This document shows positions 1-8,263 of a stretch of DNA of 64,000 nt, in pieces. The DNA is taken from assembly GCA_035374585.1 (NCBI GenBank), contig DAOSPF010000003.1, positions 2,746 through 66,745 of the forward strand. Direction: 5' to 3'. The DNA is from Bacteroidales bacterium (GTDB lineage Bacteria; Bacteroidota; Bacteroidia; Bacteroidales; DTGW01). The first letter of the stretch is position 1. Each line of letters opens with the position of its first letter. The translations under genes and the position numbers were made by a program. Under the pieces are notes generated by a model. That model saw nothing but the letters and a program-made list of their open reading frames with translations. It had not been told where the DNA came from and made no database searches.

Positions 1-1195
1 ACATTTGTATTGCTGTACTTAATGGTGAGTTGTACTCGTTCATCTCATTCTGGGTTGAATTTTCCCTTTGCGAAAAGCTAAAACTTTCACCTACTTTCAG
101 TCTTTTCATTACCTGATAATCTGAATTCAACCTAAATGTGTATTTTTTATTGTAAGTCCTTAATACCGTGCCGTCTTCTCCATTATATCCAATACTTGAA
201 TATACATTGTATTTCTTTCCGCCTTTATTGACCGAAAGGTTATAATTCTGCATCAAAGCTTGCGAACGGAAGATCTTGTCCACCCAGTTGGTATTGGTCA
301 AAGCTTTTGTAGAATCTGAATGGTCCATATACACCTTGTTTACATTGTCATAAGGGAAATAATTGGCTTTTGACCGATTGTAAATCTCAGCATATTGTTG
401 TGCATCACAAACTTTTACATTGTCTTTGCTCCACGGTTCCTGTAAACCCCAGAACATATCAAGGTTGGCCTGGAACCTGTCTGTCTGGCCCCTTTTGGTG
501 GTAATAAGGATAACCCCGTTACCTCCGGCAGAACCATAGATTGCAGCAGAGGCTGCATCTTTCAATATTTCCATCGATTCGATATCGGCAGGGTTTATGT
601 TTCCTAACGAACCGCCAGGCACACCGTCAACAATGACCAATGGGTTACCACCGTTGATGGTAGCCAAACCACGAACACGAATCTTAGGCTCTGCTCCGGG
701 CTGTCCTGAGTTTTGGTAAATCTGAACCCCGGCAGCTTTGCCTTGCAATGCTTCATCAACACGGGCTGTTGGCATATTTTTCAGGTCTTTTGAACTTACA
801 GAAGCAACAGCGCCGGTAAGGTCACTCTTCTTTTGCACACCATAACCAATTACCACTACTTCATTGAGCTCTTTGACATCTTCCTGCATCACTACATTAA
901 TATCAGCGCTCTCTCCTACTGTCACCTCAGAAGGCTTATAGCCAATGAATGTAAAAGTCAACACATCTCCCAGAGAGCATTTGATTGTAAATTTGCCATC
1001 TACATCTGTAACGACTGCTACATTCGAGCCTTTTACAATGACATTTACCCCAGGAATCCCGGTTCCCGTAGCATCTTTTACCACCCCGGAAACACTTTTA
1101 TTCTGGCCAAAAACAGGATATGCCCACAGCAATGTAACAGCCAACAGCAAATACCTTAGCCTCAGCCAAAACAACTTTATAAAACTTTTTTGCAT
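1..1195 (-). CDS. SusC/RagA-type TonB-dependent outer-membrane receptor, N-terminal part (open at window edge)
   Basis: My own translation of the minus strand from ATG 1195-1193 gives MQKSFIKLFWLRLRYLLLAVTLLWAYPVFGQNKSVSGVVKDATGTGIPGVNVIVKGS...EVVVIGYGVQKKSDLTGAVASV...ALQGKAAGVQI...ILKDAASAAIYGS. That is a signal peptide, a carboxypeptidase-regulatory-like domain and a TonB plug. It is absent from the ORF track because it runs off position 1. Confidence 0.85.
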   Translation of the reverse strand, partial: MQKSFIKLFWLRLRYLLLAVTLLWAYPVFGQNKSVSGVVKDATGTGIPGVNVIVKGSNVAVVTDVDGKFTIKCSLGDVLTFTFIGYKPSEVTVGESADINVVMQEDVKELNEVVVIGYGVQKKSDLTGAVASVSSKDLKNMPTARVDEALQGKAAGVQIYQNSGQPGAEPKIRVRGLATINGGNPLVIVDGVPGGSLGNINPADIESMEILKDAASAAIYGSAGGNGVILITTKRGQTDRFQANLDMFWGLQEPWSKDNVKVCDAQQYAEIYNRSKANYFPYDNVNKVYMDHSDSTKALTNTNWVDKIFRSQALMQNYNLSVNKGGKKYNVYSSIGYNGEDGTVLRTYNKKYTFRLNSDYQVMKRLKVGESFSFSQRENSTQNEMNEYNSPLSTAIQM

Positions 1196-1257
1196 CATAA
1201 TAGATTTGTTAGTTAGACATTTATTTGTATGAAAAATATTTGCAATTTGTAACGCGA

Positions 1258-1265
1258 CAAATATA
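1258..1265 (-). promoter_or_regulatory. candidate Bacteroidetes -7 box (TATATTTG on minus strand) for the SusC-like gene
   Basis: Matches the TAnnTTTG consensus about 60 nt upstream of ATG 1195. No experimental support. Confidence 0.35.
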
Positions 1266-1370
1266 GATGGTAGCCCAAATGGCCATATTGCACATTTGTT
1301 TTGATTGCTTGAACAAATGTTTTGTCTTTGACATAAATGTTTTCAGGAGATAAAATGATTGTTTTTAACA

Positions 1371-1598
1371 CATTGTTGTCCGGTAAAAACAGGTCGCCGC
1401 TATGCGGCTTAGAAACATTTGGTGTATTTGGTTATCCTACAAACAGTTCGCAGCTACGCTGCTATTATTTAGTCGCGTAGCGACGTCCTGTTTGTAGTAA
1501 AATTAAACATCGTTAAAATTAAGCCCCAGCGGGGCGACCAATTTCTAATCAACGATATTACTAGTATTTATAAGTATTTTATTTTACCGGACAACAGT
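1371..1598 (+). repeat. MITE-like structured interspersed element, copy A
   Basis: Near-identical inverted copy at 56729-56952. Terminal inverted repeats TTGTTGTCCGGTAAAA / TTTTACCGGACAACAG. Four GC-rich 5-bp stems with 3-nt loops. No credible ORF. Confidence 0.75.
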
Positions 1599-1615
1599 AT
1601 TTTTAATAAAAAACA

Positions 1616-1672
1616 GATTCTTAATCTCTTCATTAGTAATTCGTAATTCTTCATTAGTCATTCGTAATTTAT
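1616..1672. repeat. degenerate heptanucleotide tandem array (T[C/A]ATT[A/C]G units)
   Basis: 1630-1671 reads TCATTAG TAATTCG TAATTCT TCATTAG TCATTCG TAATTTA in perfect 7-nt phase, with two degenerate units upstream. Confidence 0.7.
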
Positions 1673-1674
1673 CC

Positions 1675-1682
1675 TAAATTTG
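1675..1682 (+). promoter_or_regulatory. candidate -7 box TAAATTTG for mutS2
   Basis: TAnnTTTG match ending 4 nt before ATG 1687. This implies a leaderless or near-leaderless mRNA. Confidence 0.4.
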
Positions 1683-1686
1683 CCCC

Positions 1687-4176
1687 ATGATTTATCCATC
1701 AAATTTTGAACAGAAGATTGGCTTTGACAGGCTGCGAGCCCGTCTCAAGACATTGTGCATTTCTTCCCTTGGGAAAGACTATGTTGACAACGTTCATTTC
1801 ATCAAAGACTTTGAACTTTTGCAGCATTTACTATCTGTATGTAATGAAATGATAGTAATATTAAAGACAGAAGAAAACTTCCCTGCCGAAAACTTTATTG
1901 ATTGTACCTCATACCTAAACAGGCTTAAGATAGAAGGCACCTTTATTGAGCCTGAAGAAATGTTCAAACTGAGCCTTTCGCTTACTACAATAAAAAAGCT
2001 TACTCATTTTTTCAAAGAAAAAGGAGAAGGGAAATATCCCATTCTTTTCAGCAAAAGTGCTGAAGTAAAGGTCTTTTCGTTTGTCCAGGAACGTATCGAC
2101 CAGATTGTAGCCCGCAATGGCTCTGTCAAAGATTCTGCCTCGCCTGCACTGCACAAGATACGCAAAGAAATGGCAGCGCTGGAAACCGAAATATCCCGCC
2201 GTATGGCACGCATCATGGAACATGCACGCCAACAAGGCTGGGCCGAAGATGGCGCATCACCTGCCGTCCGTGACGGAAGGCTTGTTATTCCCATTGATGC
2301 CACTCACAAACGTAAGCTGAAAGGCTTCATTTATGACGAATCTGCCACCGGAAAAACAGTTTACATTGAACCGGCCGAGTTAGTAGAGCTGAATAATGAT
2401 TTGAAAGAAGCCGAACATGCCGAAAGAAGAGAAATTATTAAAATTCTTATTGGTTTTGCCAATGATATCAGGCCTTATATAGATGAGCTGCTTATAGGTT
2501 ATGATTTTATTGGACTTATAGACTTCAACCGGGCTAAAGCCTTATTTGCCAACGAAACACAAAGCGTCATCCCTCCGCTCAACAATAGACCTGTGTTGGA
2601 ATGGTACAACGCCGTTCACCCTTTGCTTTACTACCATCTGAAAGAAGAAGGCAAAAAAGTCGTACCACTTAATATACGCCTCAACGAAATGCACCGCATA
2701 CTGGTTATCTCAGGGCCAAATGCCGGAGGAAAGTCAGTTTGCCTGCAAACTGCAGCTTTATTACAATACATGCTGCAATGCGGACTGCCTATTGCTGTCA
2801 AAGAAACCAGCGAAACTGGCATTTTCGACCAAATATTTATTGACATAGGCGATGAACAGTCCATTGAAAACGACCTGAGTACCTATAGTTCGCACCTGCT
2901 CAATATGAAACATTTTGTCAAAAATGCCAATAACAAGACACTGTTTCTGATAGATGAATTTGGGGCTGGCACAGAGCCAATGCTGGGAGGGGCTATAGCC
3001 GAAAGCATCCTCGAACAGCTTAACACTATAGGGGCTTATGGCATTGTAACCACACACTACACCAATCTTAAGCATTATGCTTCGCAAGCCCAAGGAATTG
3101 TAAACGGAGCAATGCTTTATGATACGCAACACCTGCAACCTCTTTTCCAATTAGTCATCGGCGAACCCGGAAGCTCGTTTGCTTTTGAAATTGCCAAAAA
3201 GATTGGTATGCCTGAAGTTATTCTCAAGGCTGCTACCGAAAAAGTGGGCGAAAAACATATCGACTACGACAAAAACCTCAAAGAAATTATCCGCGACAAA
3301 TACTACTGGCAACAAAAGCGAAACCAGGTGAAGGATACCGCCAAAAAGCTTGACGAAATTACCAGCCGATACACCGCAGAACTTGAAGACATAAAAAAGT
3401 TACGCAAAGAAACTCTCAAAAAAGCCCAGGAAGAAGCCCAGGCTATTTTGGCCGGCGTAAATAAACAAATAGAACACACCATTAAAGAAATCAGAGAAAA
3501 ACAGGCCGAAAAAGAAATTACCAAACAGCTCAGACAAAACCTGGAAAAGAAAAAACTGGAAGTTGATCTGGCCCTTAATATTGAAGACGAACGTATTAAC
3601 AAAAAAATTGAACAACTCAGGCGCAGAGAAGAAAATAAAAAACGCAGAGATGCAGAAAAATCAAATATCCCAGAAATTAAAAAACCTGAAAAACCCCAAA
3701 AAGCCGAATTTGAAACTGGCGACAAAGTAAAAATATTTGGACAGGACAACATTGGCGAAGTTATCAGTGTCAATGGCAAAAATATCATGGTAGGCTTTGG
3801 CAACATGATTACAACCCTTGATGAAAAGCGGCTTGTAAAAATCAGCCACAACGAATTCAAAAAAATTCAAAAATCTAATCAATCGCACACCCCATTTGCC
3901 TCTAGAAGCTTTGATATTATTGAAAAAAAGAAAAACTTCAAAATGCAGCTCGACATCAGGGGCATGCGTGCAGACGAAGCCATGCAAAAAGTTGCCGACT
4001 ACATCGATGAGGCCATTATTGTTGATGTTTCAGAGGTCCGCATCTTGCATGGCAAAGGAAATGGCATCCTCCGGCAATTGGTACGTGAATACCTCCAAAC
4101 TGTAGAGCTTGTCAAATCTTTTGGCGACGAACATGTTGATATGGGAGGCGCCGGCATAACTTTGGTGAGGTTCTAA
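1687..4176 (+). CDS. mutS2: endonuclease MutS2 (MutS ATPase domain plus C-terminal Smr domain)
   Basis: 829 aa. Walker A ISGPNAGGKS, DEFGAGTEP motif, Lys/Glu-rich linker, and a C-terminal Smr-like LDIRGMRADEA...ILHGKGNGILR. Confidence 0.95.
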   Translation: MIYPSNFEQKIGFDRLRARLKTLCISSLGKDYVDNVHFIKDFELLQHLLSVCNEMIVILKTEENFPAENFIDCTSYLNRLKIEGTFIEPEEMFKLSLSLTTIKKLTHFFKEKGEGKYPILFSKSAEVKVFSFVQERIDQIVARNGSVKDSASPALHKIRKEMAALETEISRRMARIMEHARQQGWAEDGASPAVRDGRLVIPIDATHKRKLKGFIYDESATGKTVYIEPAELVELNNDLKEAEHAERREIIKILIGFANDIRPYIDELLIGYDFIGLIDFNRAKALFANETQSVIPPLNNRPVLEWYNAVHPLLYYHLKEEGKKVVPLNIRLNEMHRILVISGPNAGGKSVCLQTAALLQYMLQCGLPIAVKETSETGIFDQIFIDIGDEQSIENDLSTYSSHLLNMKHFVKNANNKTLFLIDEFGAGTEPMLGGAIAESILEQLNTIGAYGIVTTHYTNLKHYASQAQGIVNGAMLYDTQHLQPLFQLVIGEPGSSFAFEIAKKIGMPEVILKAATEKVGEKHIDYDKNLKEIIRDKYYWQQKRNQVKDTAKKLDEITSRYTAELEDIKKLRKETLKKAQEEAQAILAGVNKQIEHTIKEIREKQAEKEITKQLRQNLEKKKLEVDLALNIEDERINKKIEQLRRREENKKRRDAEKSNIPEIKKPEKPQKAEFETGDKVKIFGQDNIGEVISVNGKNIMVGFGNMITTLDEKRLVKISHNEFKKIQKSNQSHTPFASRSFDIIEKKKNFKMQLDIRGMRADEAMQKVADYIDEAIIVDVSEVRILHGKGNGILRQLVREYLQTVELVKSFGDEHVDMGGAGITLVRF

Positions 4177-4306
4177 TATAGTCTGATTAGTAAAATCAGA
4201 ATTCTGGAATAATCTTTGCTTACATTTTAAAACTTTCAGACATTTGTTGAATGTTAAAAATAGATGAACTTTCATATGTTTTCATTGTTATAAAAATAAA
4301 CGACTC

Positions 4307-5227
4307 ATGCCAATCAACGTACCCGATAAGTTACCTGCAATAGACATTCTTAAAGAAGAGAACATCTTTATTATTGACGAAACCAGGGCTGCCGAGCAAG
4401 ATATCAGGCCTTTGAAAATTGGTTTGCTCAACCTTATGCCTATCAAACAAACCACCGAAACACAAATTATAAGAATGCTTTCAAATACTCCCCTTCAGGT
4501 AGAACTTGAGTTGATTAGCCTTGAAAGCCATGTTTCAAAAAACACCTCGCAAGAATATCTTGAGACTTTTTACAAAAAATTTAACGAAATTGGACAAAGT
4601 AAATTTGACGGGTTTATTATCACCGGTGCCCCTATCGAACATCTTGAATACGAACAAGTAAGATATTGGCCCGAAATCCAGAAAATAATGGATTGGACGC
4701 AAAAACACGTCACCTCTACCCTTTTCATTTGCTGGGCCGCACAAGCCGGGTTGTATCACTTTTACAACATCCCTAAGTACATGCTTCCTGCAAAAATGTT
4801 CGGAGTTTTTGAACATCATGTCATAAACCCTTCACTGCCTCTGGTCCGAGGCTTTGACGATGTATTTATGGCCCCACACTCAAGACACACCGAGGTACGC
4901 GAAGAAGATATCCGAAAAGTAAAAGAACTGGAGATTGTAGCCAAATCTAACGAAGCCGGCGTACATATTGCTATGGCTCAAGAAGGCAAACAGATATTTG
5001 TTACAGGACACTTCGAGTACGACCCTCATACTCTGAGAACTGAATATTTCAGGGATGTTGACAAAGGCCTGACCATCGATTTGCCTAAAAACTACTTTAA
5101 AGATGACGACCCAAACAATCATCCCATTGTAACCTGGCGCAGCCATGCCAATTTGTTTTTCTCTAACTGGCTCAACTACTACGTTTACCAGCAAACCCCT
5201 TATAATATTGACAAAATAGGAAGTTAG
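4307..5227 (+). CDS. metA: homoserine O-acyltransferase, MetA family
   Basis: 306 aa. N-terminus [21 protein letters not shown] and [12 protein letters not shown] are typical of MetA. Confidence 0.9.
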   Translation: MPINVPDKLPAIDILKEENIFIIDETRAAEQDIRPLKIGLLNLMPIKQTTETQIIRMLSNTPLQVELELISLESHVSKNTSQEYLETFYKKFNEIGQSKFDGFIITGAPIEHLEYEQVRYWPEIQKIMDWTQKHVTSTLFICWAAQAGLYHFYNIPKYMLPAKMFGVFEHHVINPSLPLVRGFDDVFMAPHSRHTEVREEDIRKVKELEIVAKSNEAGVHIAMAQEGKQIFVTGHFEYDPHTLRTEYFRDVDKGLTIDLPKNYFKDDDPNNHPIVTWRSHANLFFSNWLNYYVYQQTPYNIDKIGS

Positions 5228-5321
5228 TTAATGACGAATTACAAAATTACTAATGACTAATGGAAAGACACTTCATTATTCATTCGTAATTTGTCATCAG
5301 TCATTAGTAATTAATCATCGT
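5226..5321. repeat. inverted pair of heptanucleotide arrays between metA and nth
   Basis: 5273-5321 reads TCATTAT TCATTCG TAATTTG TCATCAG TCATTAG TAATTAA TCATCGT. 5226-5260 carries the complementary unit type (GACGAAT .. TTACTAA TGACTAA). The nth stop codon and its last codons lie inside the array. Confidence 0.7.
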
Positions 5322-5948
5322 TTTAAAGTGTTTGCAAACCTCCGTCAACCCACACTCTTTGCACTTAGGGCTGCGGGCCAGACATACATAACGGCCATGC
5401 AGGATGAGCCAATGATGGGCCGCAGGCAAAATATCGGCTGGCAAATATTTTGTCAATTGCTTTTCACATTCCAAGGGATTCTTAGCGTTTACTGTCAAGC
5501 CAATGCGAGCTGCAACCCTGAACACATGCGTATCAACCGCCAGCACTGGCTTATCAAACAATACAGCACCCAGCACATGGGCTGTTTTGCGACCAACTCC
5601 CGGCAAACGCTGCATTTGTTGGGTATCTGTCGGGAGCTTGCCGCCAAACTCAGTAACCAGCATCTGCGCCATGGCCAAAAGATTCTTGGCCTTGTTATTA
5701 GGGTATGAAATGCTCTTGATAAGCTGATATATATCATCCACATTAGCCTTTGACAATGCCAATGGCGTTGGGTACTTTTCAAAAAAAGCAGGAGTTGTCA
5801 TATTTACACGCTTGTCTGTACACTGCGCCGAAAGTATAACAGCTACTATCAATTCATATTCATTTCGAAAATGCAACTCAGGCTCAGCTACAGGCATAGT
5901 TTTCTGAAAATATTGTTGCACTTTTTCAAACAATTCTTCACGCTTCAT
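5304..5948 (-). CDS. nth: endonuclease III (DNA glycosylase/AP lyase)
   Basis: 214 aa. HhH-GPD region LPGVGRKTA and a C-terminal 4Fe-4S cluster C-x6-C-x2-C-x5-C (CLARSPKCKECGLTEVC). Confidence 0.93.
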   Translation of the reverse strand: MKREELFEKVQQYFQKTMPVAEPELHFRNEYELIVAVILSAQCTDKRVNMTTPAFFEKYPTPLALSKANVDDIYQLIKSISYPNNKAKNLLAMAQMLVTEFGGKLPTDTQQMQRLPGVGRKTAHVLGAVLFDKPVLAVDTHVFRVAARIGLTVNAKNPLECEKQLTKYLPADILPAAHHWLILHGRYVCLARSPKCKECGLTEVCKHFKTMINY

Positions 5949-6000
5949 AAACCCAATAGTTTTTTAACAAAACTAAACCAATCTATAGACAATTTGTTTC

Positions 6001-6008
6001 TACATTTG
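6001..6008 (+). promoter_or_regulatory. candidate -7 box TACATTTG
   Basis: TAnnTTTG match 44 nt upstream of ATG 6052. Confidence 0.4.
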
Positions 6009-6051
6009 CCAGGATTTTAACATCTGGCTAACTACTTAAAATACAAATAAT

Positions 6052-8106
6052 ATGAAAAATATTAAATTTATTGTTTTATCTATGATAAGTGCAGGAATAC
6101 TTTCGTCATGCAGCCATCAGCCTTCAAGCTGTAGCACTAATAGTGCAGACTCTTTTGCCTGGAAAACCGAGCAGTTTGCCGATATTAAAATCTTACGTTA
6201 CCAGGTCCCCGATTTTGAAAAGCTAAACCTAAACCAGAAAATACTGGTTTACTATTTATCAAAGGCTGCTAATGCCGGTCGCGATATCATCTGGGACCAA
6301 AATTGTAAATATAACCTGCTCATCAGGAGTACCTTGGAAAATATTTACAAAACTTATTCAGGCGACAGAAATTCAGCCAATTATAAGAAGTTTGAAGTTT
6401 ACCTCAAACGAATCTGGTTTTCCAATGGAATCCACCATCATTATTCTACAGACAAGATTATGCCTGAGTTTGACAAGGCTTATTTTGCCGAATTGGTAAA
6501 AAACTCCGACCAGAAAGGATTTAAACTTCCTGAAGGCAAAAATCTTGAGCAAACACTGACCATGATTGAACCTGTAATGTTCAATGCCAATGTTATGGCT
6601 AAAAAAGTATGGCTTGACCCTTCAAAAGACCTGATAGCAAACTCTGCAACACATTTTTACGATGGAATAACCGAAAAAGAAGCCGAAAACTTCTATAGCA
6701 GCTTGAAAGACCCTAAAGATGAAACTCCTGTTTCGTATGGTTTGAACTCTCAACTAACCAAGGTTAACGGAAAAATCACTGAAAAAGTATGGAAAGTTGG
6801 AGGCATGTACAGCCCTGCCATTGAAAAAATCTGCTATTACCTCAACCAGGCAATTCCTTATGCCGAAAACGAAAAACAAAAAGTAACCATTGAAAAACTT
6901 ATCAGCTACTACAAAACCGGCAATTTAAAAATTTGGGACGATTACAACATTGAATGGGTAACCGACACCATTTCAACAGTTGATTTTATCAATGGATTCA
7001 TCGAGGTGTATGGCGACCCTATTGGCCTCAAAGGTTCATGGGAAGCTATGGTCAACTTCAAAAACCTGGAAGCTACAAAACGCACAGAAATATTGAGCGC
7101 CAATGCCCAATGGTTTGAAGACAATTCTCCAATAGACCCACGATTTAGAAAAGCCAAGGTAAAAGGCGTAAGCGCTAAAGTTATCACAGCTGTTCAACTT
7201 GGAGGCGACACCCATCCTTCTACTGCTATTGGCATTAATCTTCCTAATGCCGACTGGATTAGAAAAGAACATGGCTCAAAATCTGTAACCTTAGAAAATA
7301 TTACTTATGCCTACAATCAGGTTTCTATGGGCAGCGGTTTTTATGAAGAATTTATTGAAAACCCTGCAGATATTGAACTAATAAAAAAATACAAAGCCCT
7401 GAGCGACAACCTTCACACCGACTTGCACGAATGCCTTGGCCATGGCTCAGGACAATTACTACCAGGTGTAGCCGGCGATGCTTTAAAAAACTACCAATCA
7501 ACATTGGAAGAAGCCCGTGCCGATTTGTTTGCCTTGTATTATATGATGGATCAAAAATTAATTGACCTGGGCATATTGCCATCATTAGATGCTGCTAAAG
7601 CCGAATATCTTTCTCAAATGCTAAACGGCCTTATGACCCAGCTTGTTCGTATTGAACCGGGCAAAACCATTGAAGAAGCCCACATGCGCAACCGTCAACT
7701 TATTGCAAAATGGTGCTTAGAAAAAGGAAAAGCTGACAATGTTTTGGAACTTTATAAACATAACGGCAAAACCTATTTGCGTGTAAATGATTATCTGAAA
7801 TTGAGAACTCTCTTTGGCAAATTGTTGGCCGAGATACAACGTATCAAATCAGAAGGCGATTATAAAGCAGGCCGCGACCTGGTTGAAAACTATGGGGTTC
7901 AGGTGGACAAAGCAATTCATACCGAAGCTTTAGAACGCTACAAAAAATTAAACCTGGCCCCTTATAGCGGCTTCATCAACCCAAAACTTTCTCTTGTAAA
8001 ACAAGGTGAAAAAATCATTGATGTAAAAATTGAATATCCTGACAACTTTGCAAAACAGATGCTCGAATACAGTAACGAATTTAGTACCCTGCCTGTTTTA
8101 AACTAA
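6052..8106 (+). CDS. dipeptidyl-peptidase III-like M49 metallopeptidase, lipoprotein
   Basis: 684 aa. Lipoprotein signal peptide (ILSSC). Zinc motifs HECLGHGSG and EEARADL are characteristic of family M49. Confidence 0.85.
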   Translation: MKNIKFIVLSMISAGILSSCSHQPSSCSTNSADSFAWKTEQFADIKILRYQVPDFEKLNLNQKILVYYLSKAANAGRDIIWDQNCKYNLLIRSTLENIYKTYSGDRNSANYKKFEVYLKRIWFSNGIHHHYSTDKIMPEFDKAYFAELVKNSDQKGFKLPEGKNLEQTLTMIEPVMFNANVMAKKVWLDPSKDLIANSATHFYDGITEKEAENFYSSLKDPKDETPVSYGLNSQLTKVNGKITEKVWKVGGMYSPAIEKICYYLNQAIPYAENEKQKVTIEKLISYYKTGNLKIWDDYNIEWVTDTISTVDFINGFIEVYGDPIGLKGSWEAMVNFKNLEATKRTEILSANAQWFEDNSPIDPRFRKAKVKGVSAKVITAVQLGGDTHPSTAIGINLPNADWIRKEHGSKSVTLENITYAYNQVSMGSGFYEEFIENPADIELIKKYKALSDNLHTDLHECLGHGSGQLLPGVAGDALKNYQSTLEEARADLFALYYMMDQKLIDLGILPSLDAAKAEYLSQMLNGLMTQLVRIEPGKTIEEAHMRNRQLIAKWCLEKGKADNVLELYKHNGKTYLRVNDYLKLRTLFGKLLAEIQRIKSEGDYKAGRDLVENYGVQVDKAIHTEALERYKKLNLAPYSGFINPKLSLVKQGEKIIDVKIEYPDNFAKQMLEYSNEFSTLPVLN

Positions 8107-8228
8107 GGCAAAAAGACAAAAGGGATAAGACACAAGGCATAGGTAACCCCATTCCTTCTGCCTTTATACTTATCCCTTTTTAGTTTTGCTTTTTCCCTTT
8201 TCTCTTTTTGCCTTATCCCTTTTTACTT
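8105..8228. repeat. purine-rich heptad array facing a pyrimidine-rich heptad array (long imperfect hairpin, probable terminator)
   Basis: 8105-8146 reads AAGGCAA AAAGACA AAAGGGA TAAGACA CAAGGCA TAGGTAA. 8159-8228 reads TGCCTTT ATACTTA TCCCTTT TTAGTTT TGCTTTT TCCCTTT TCTCTTT TTGCCTT ATCCCTT TTTACTT. GGCAAAAAG/CTTTTTGCC and AAGGGATAAG/CTTATCCCTT are complementary. Confidence 0.6.
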
Positions 8229-8238
8229 TAATTTTTTA

Positions 8239-8246
8239 TACATTTG
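8239..8246 (+). promoter_or_regulatory. candidate -7 box TACATTTG
   Basis: TAnnTTTG match 18 nt upstream of ATG 8264. Confidence 0.4.
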
Positions 8247-8263
8247 TCACATAAACTTTTATC

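Noticed and set aside
833-1232. Two plus-strand ORFs (833-1159 and 945-1232) in the track.
   Set aside because: They lie entirely antisense to the SusC-like gene, whose minus-strand translation has clear TonB-receptor domains. Their own sequences are low-complexity with no motifs.
1292-1320. 9-bp inverted repeat ACATTTGTT-N11-AACAAATGT upstream of the SusC-like gene, as a possible operator.
   Set aside because: It is plausible but unsupported. It is AT-rich, I saw no second occurrence, and no regulator gene is visible because the locus runs off the window.
3303-3860. 185-aa minus-strand ORF, plus several shorter ones, inside mutS2.
   Set aside because: It is antisense to the Lys/Glu-rich linker of MutS2. 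The Phe/Ser/Leu-rich product is the mirror image of AAA/GAA codon runs, which is a typical shadow ORF.
4177-4306. Possible SAM riboswitch ahead of metA, and a lysine riboswitch ahead of dapA (8807-8895).
   Set aside because: The leaders are only ~90-130 nt, AT-rich, and lack the conserved GC-rich helices of those riboswitch classes.
5253-5708. 151-aa plus-strand ORF overlapping nth.
   Set aside because: It is antisense to a well-supported endonuclease III gene, and its start lies inside a heptad repeat. There are no motifs.
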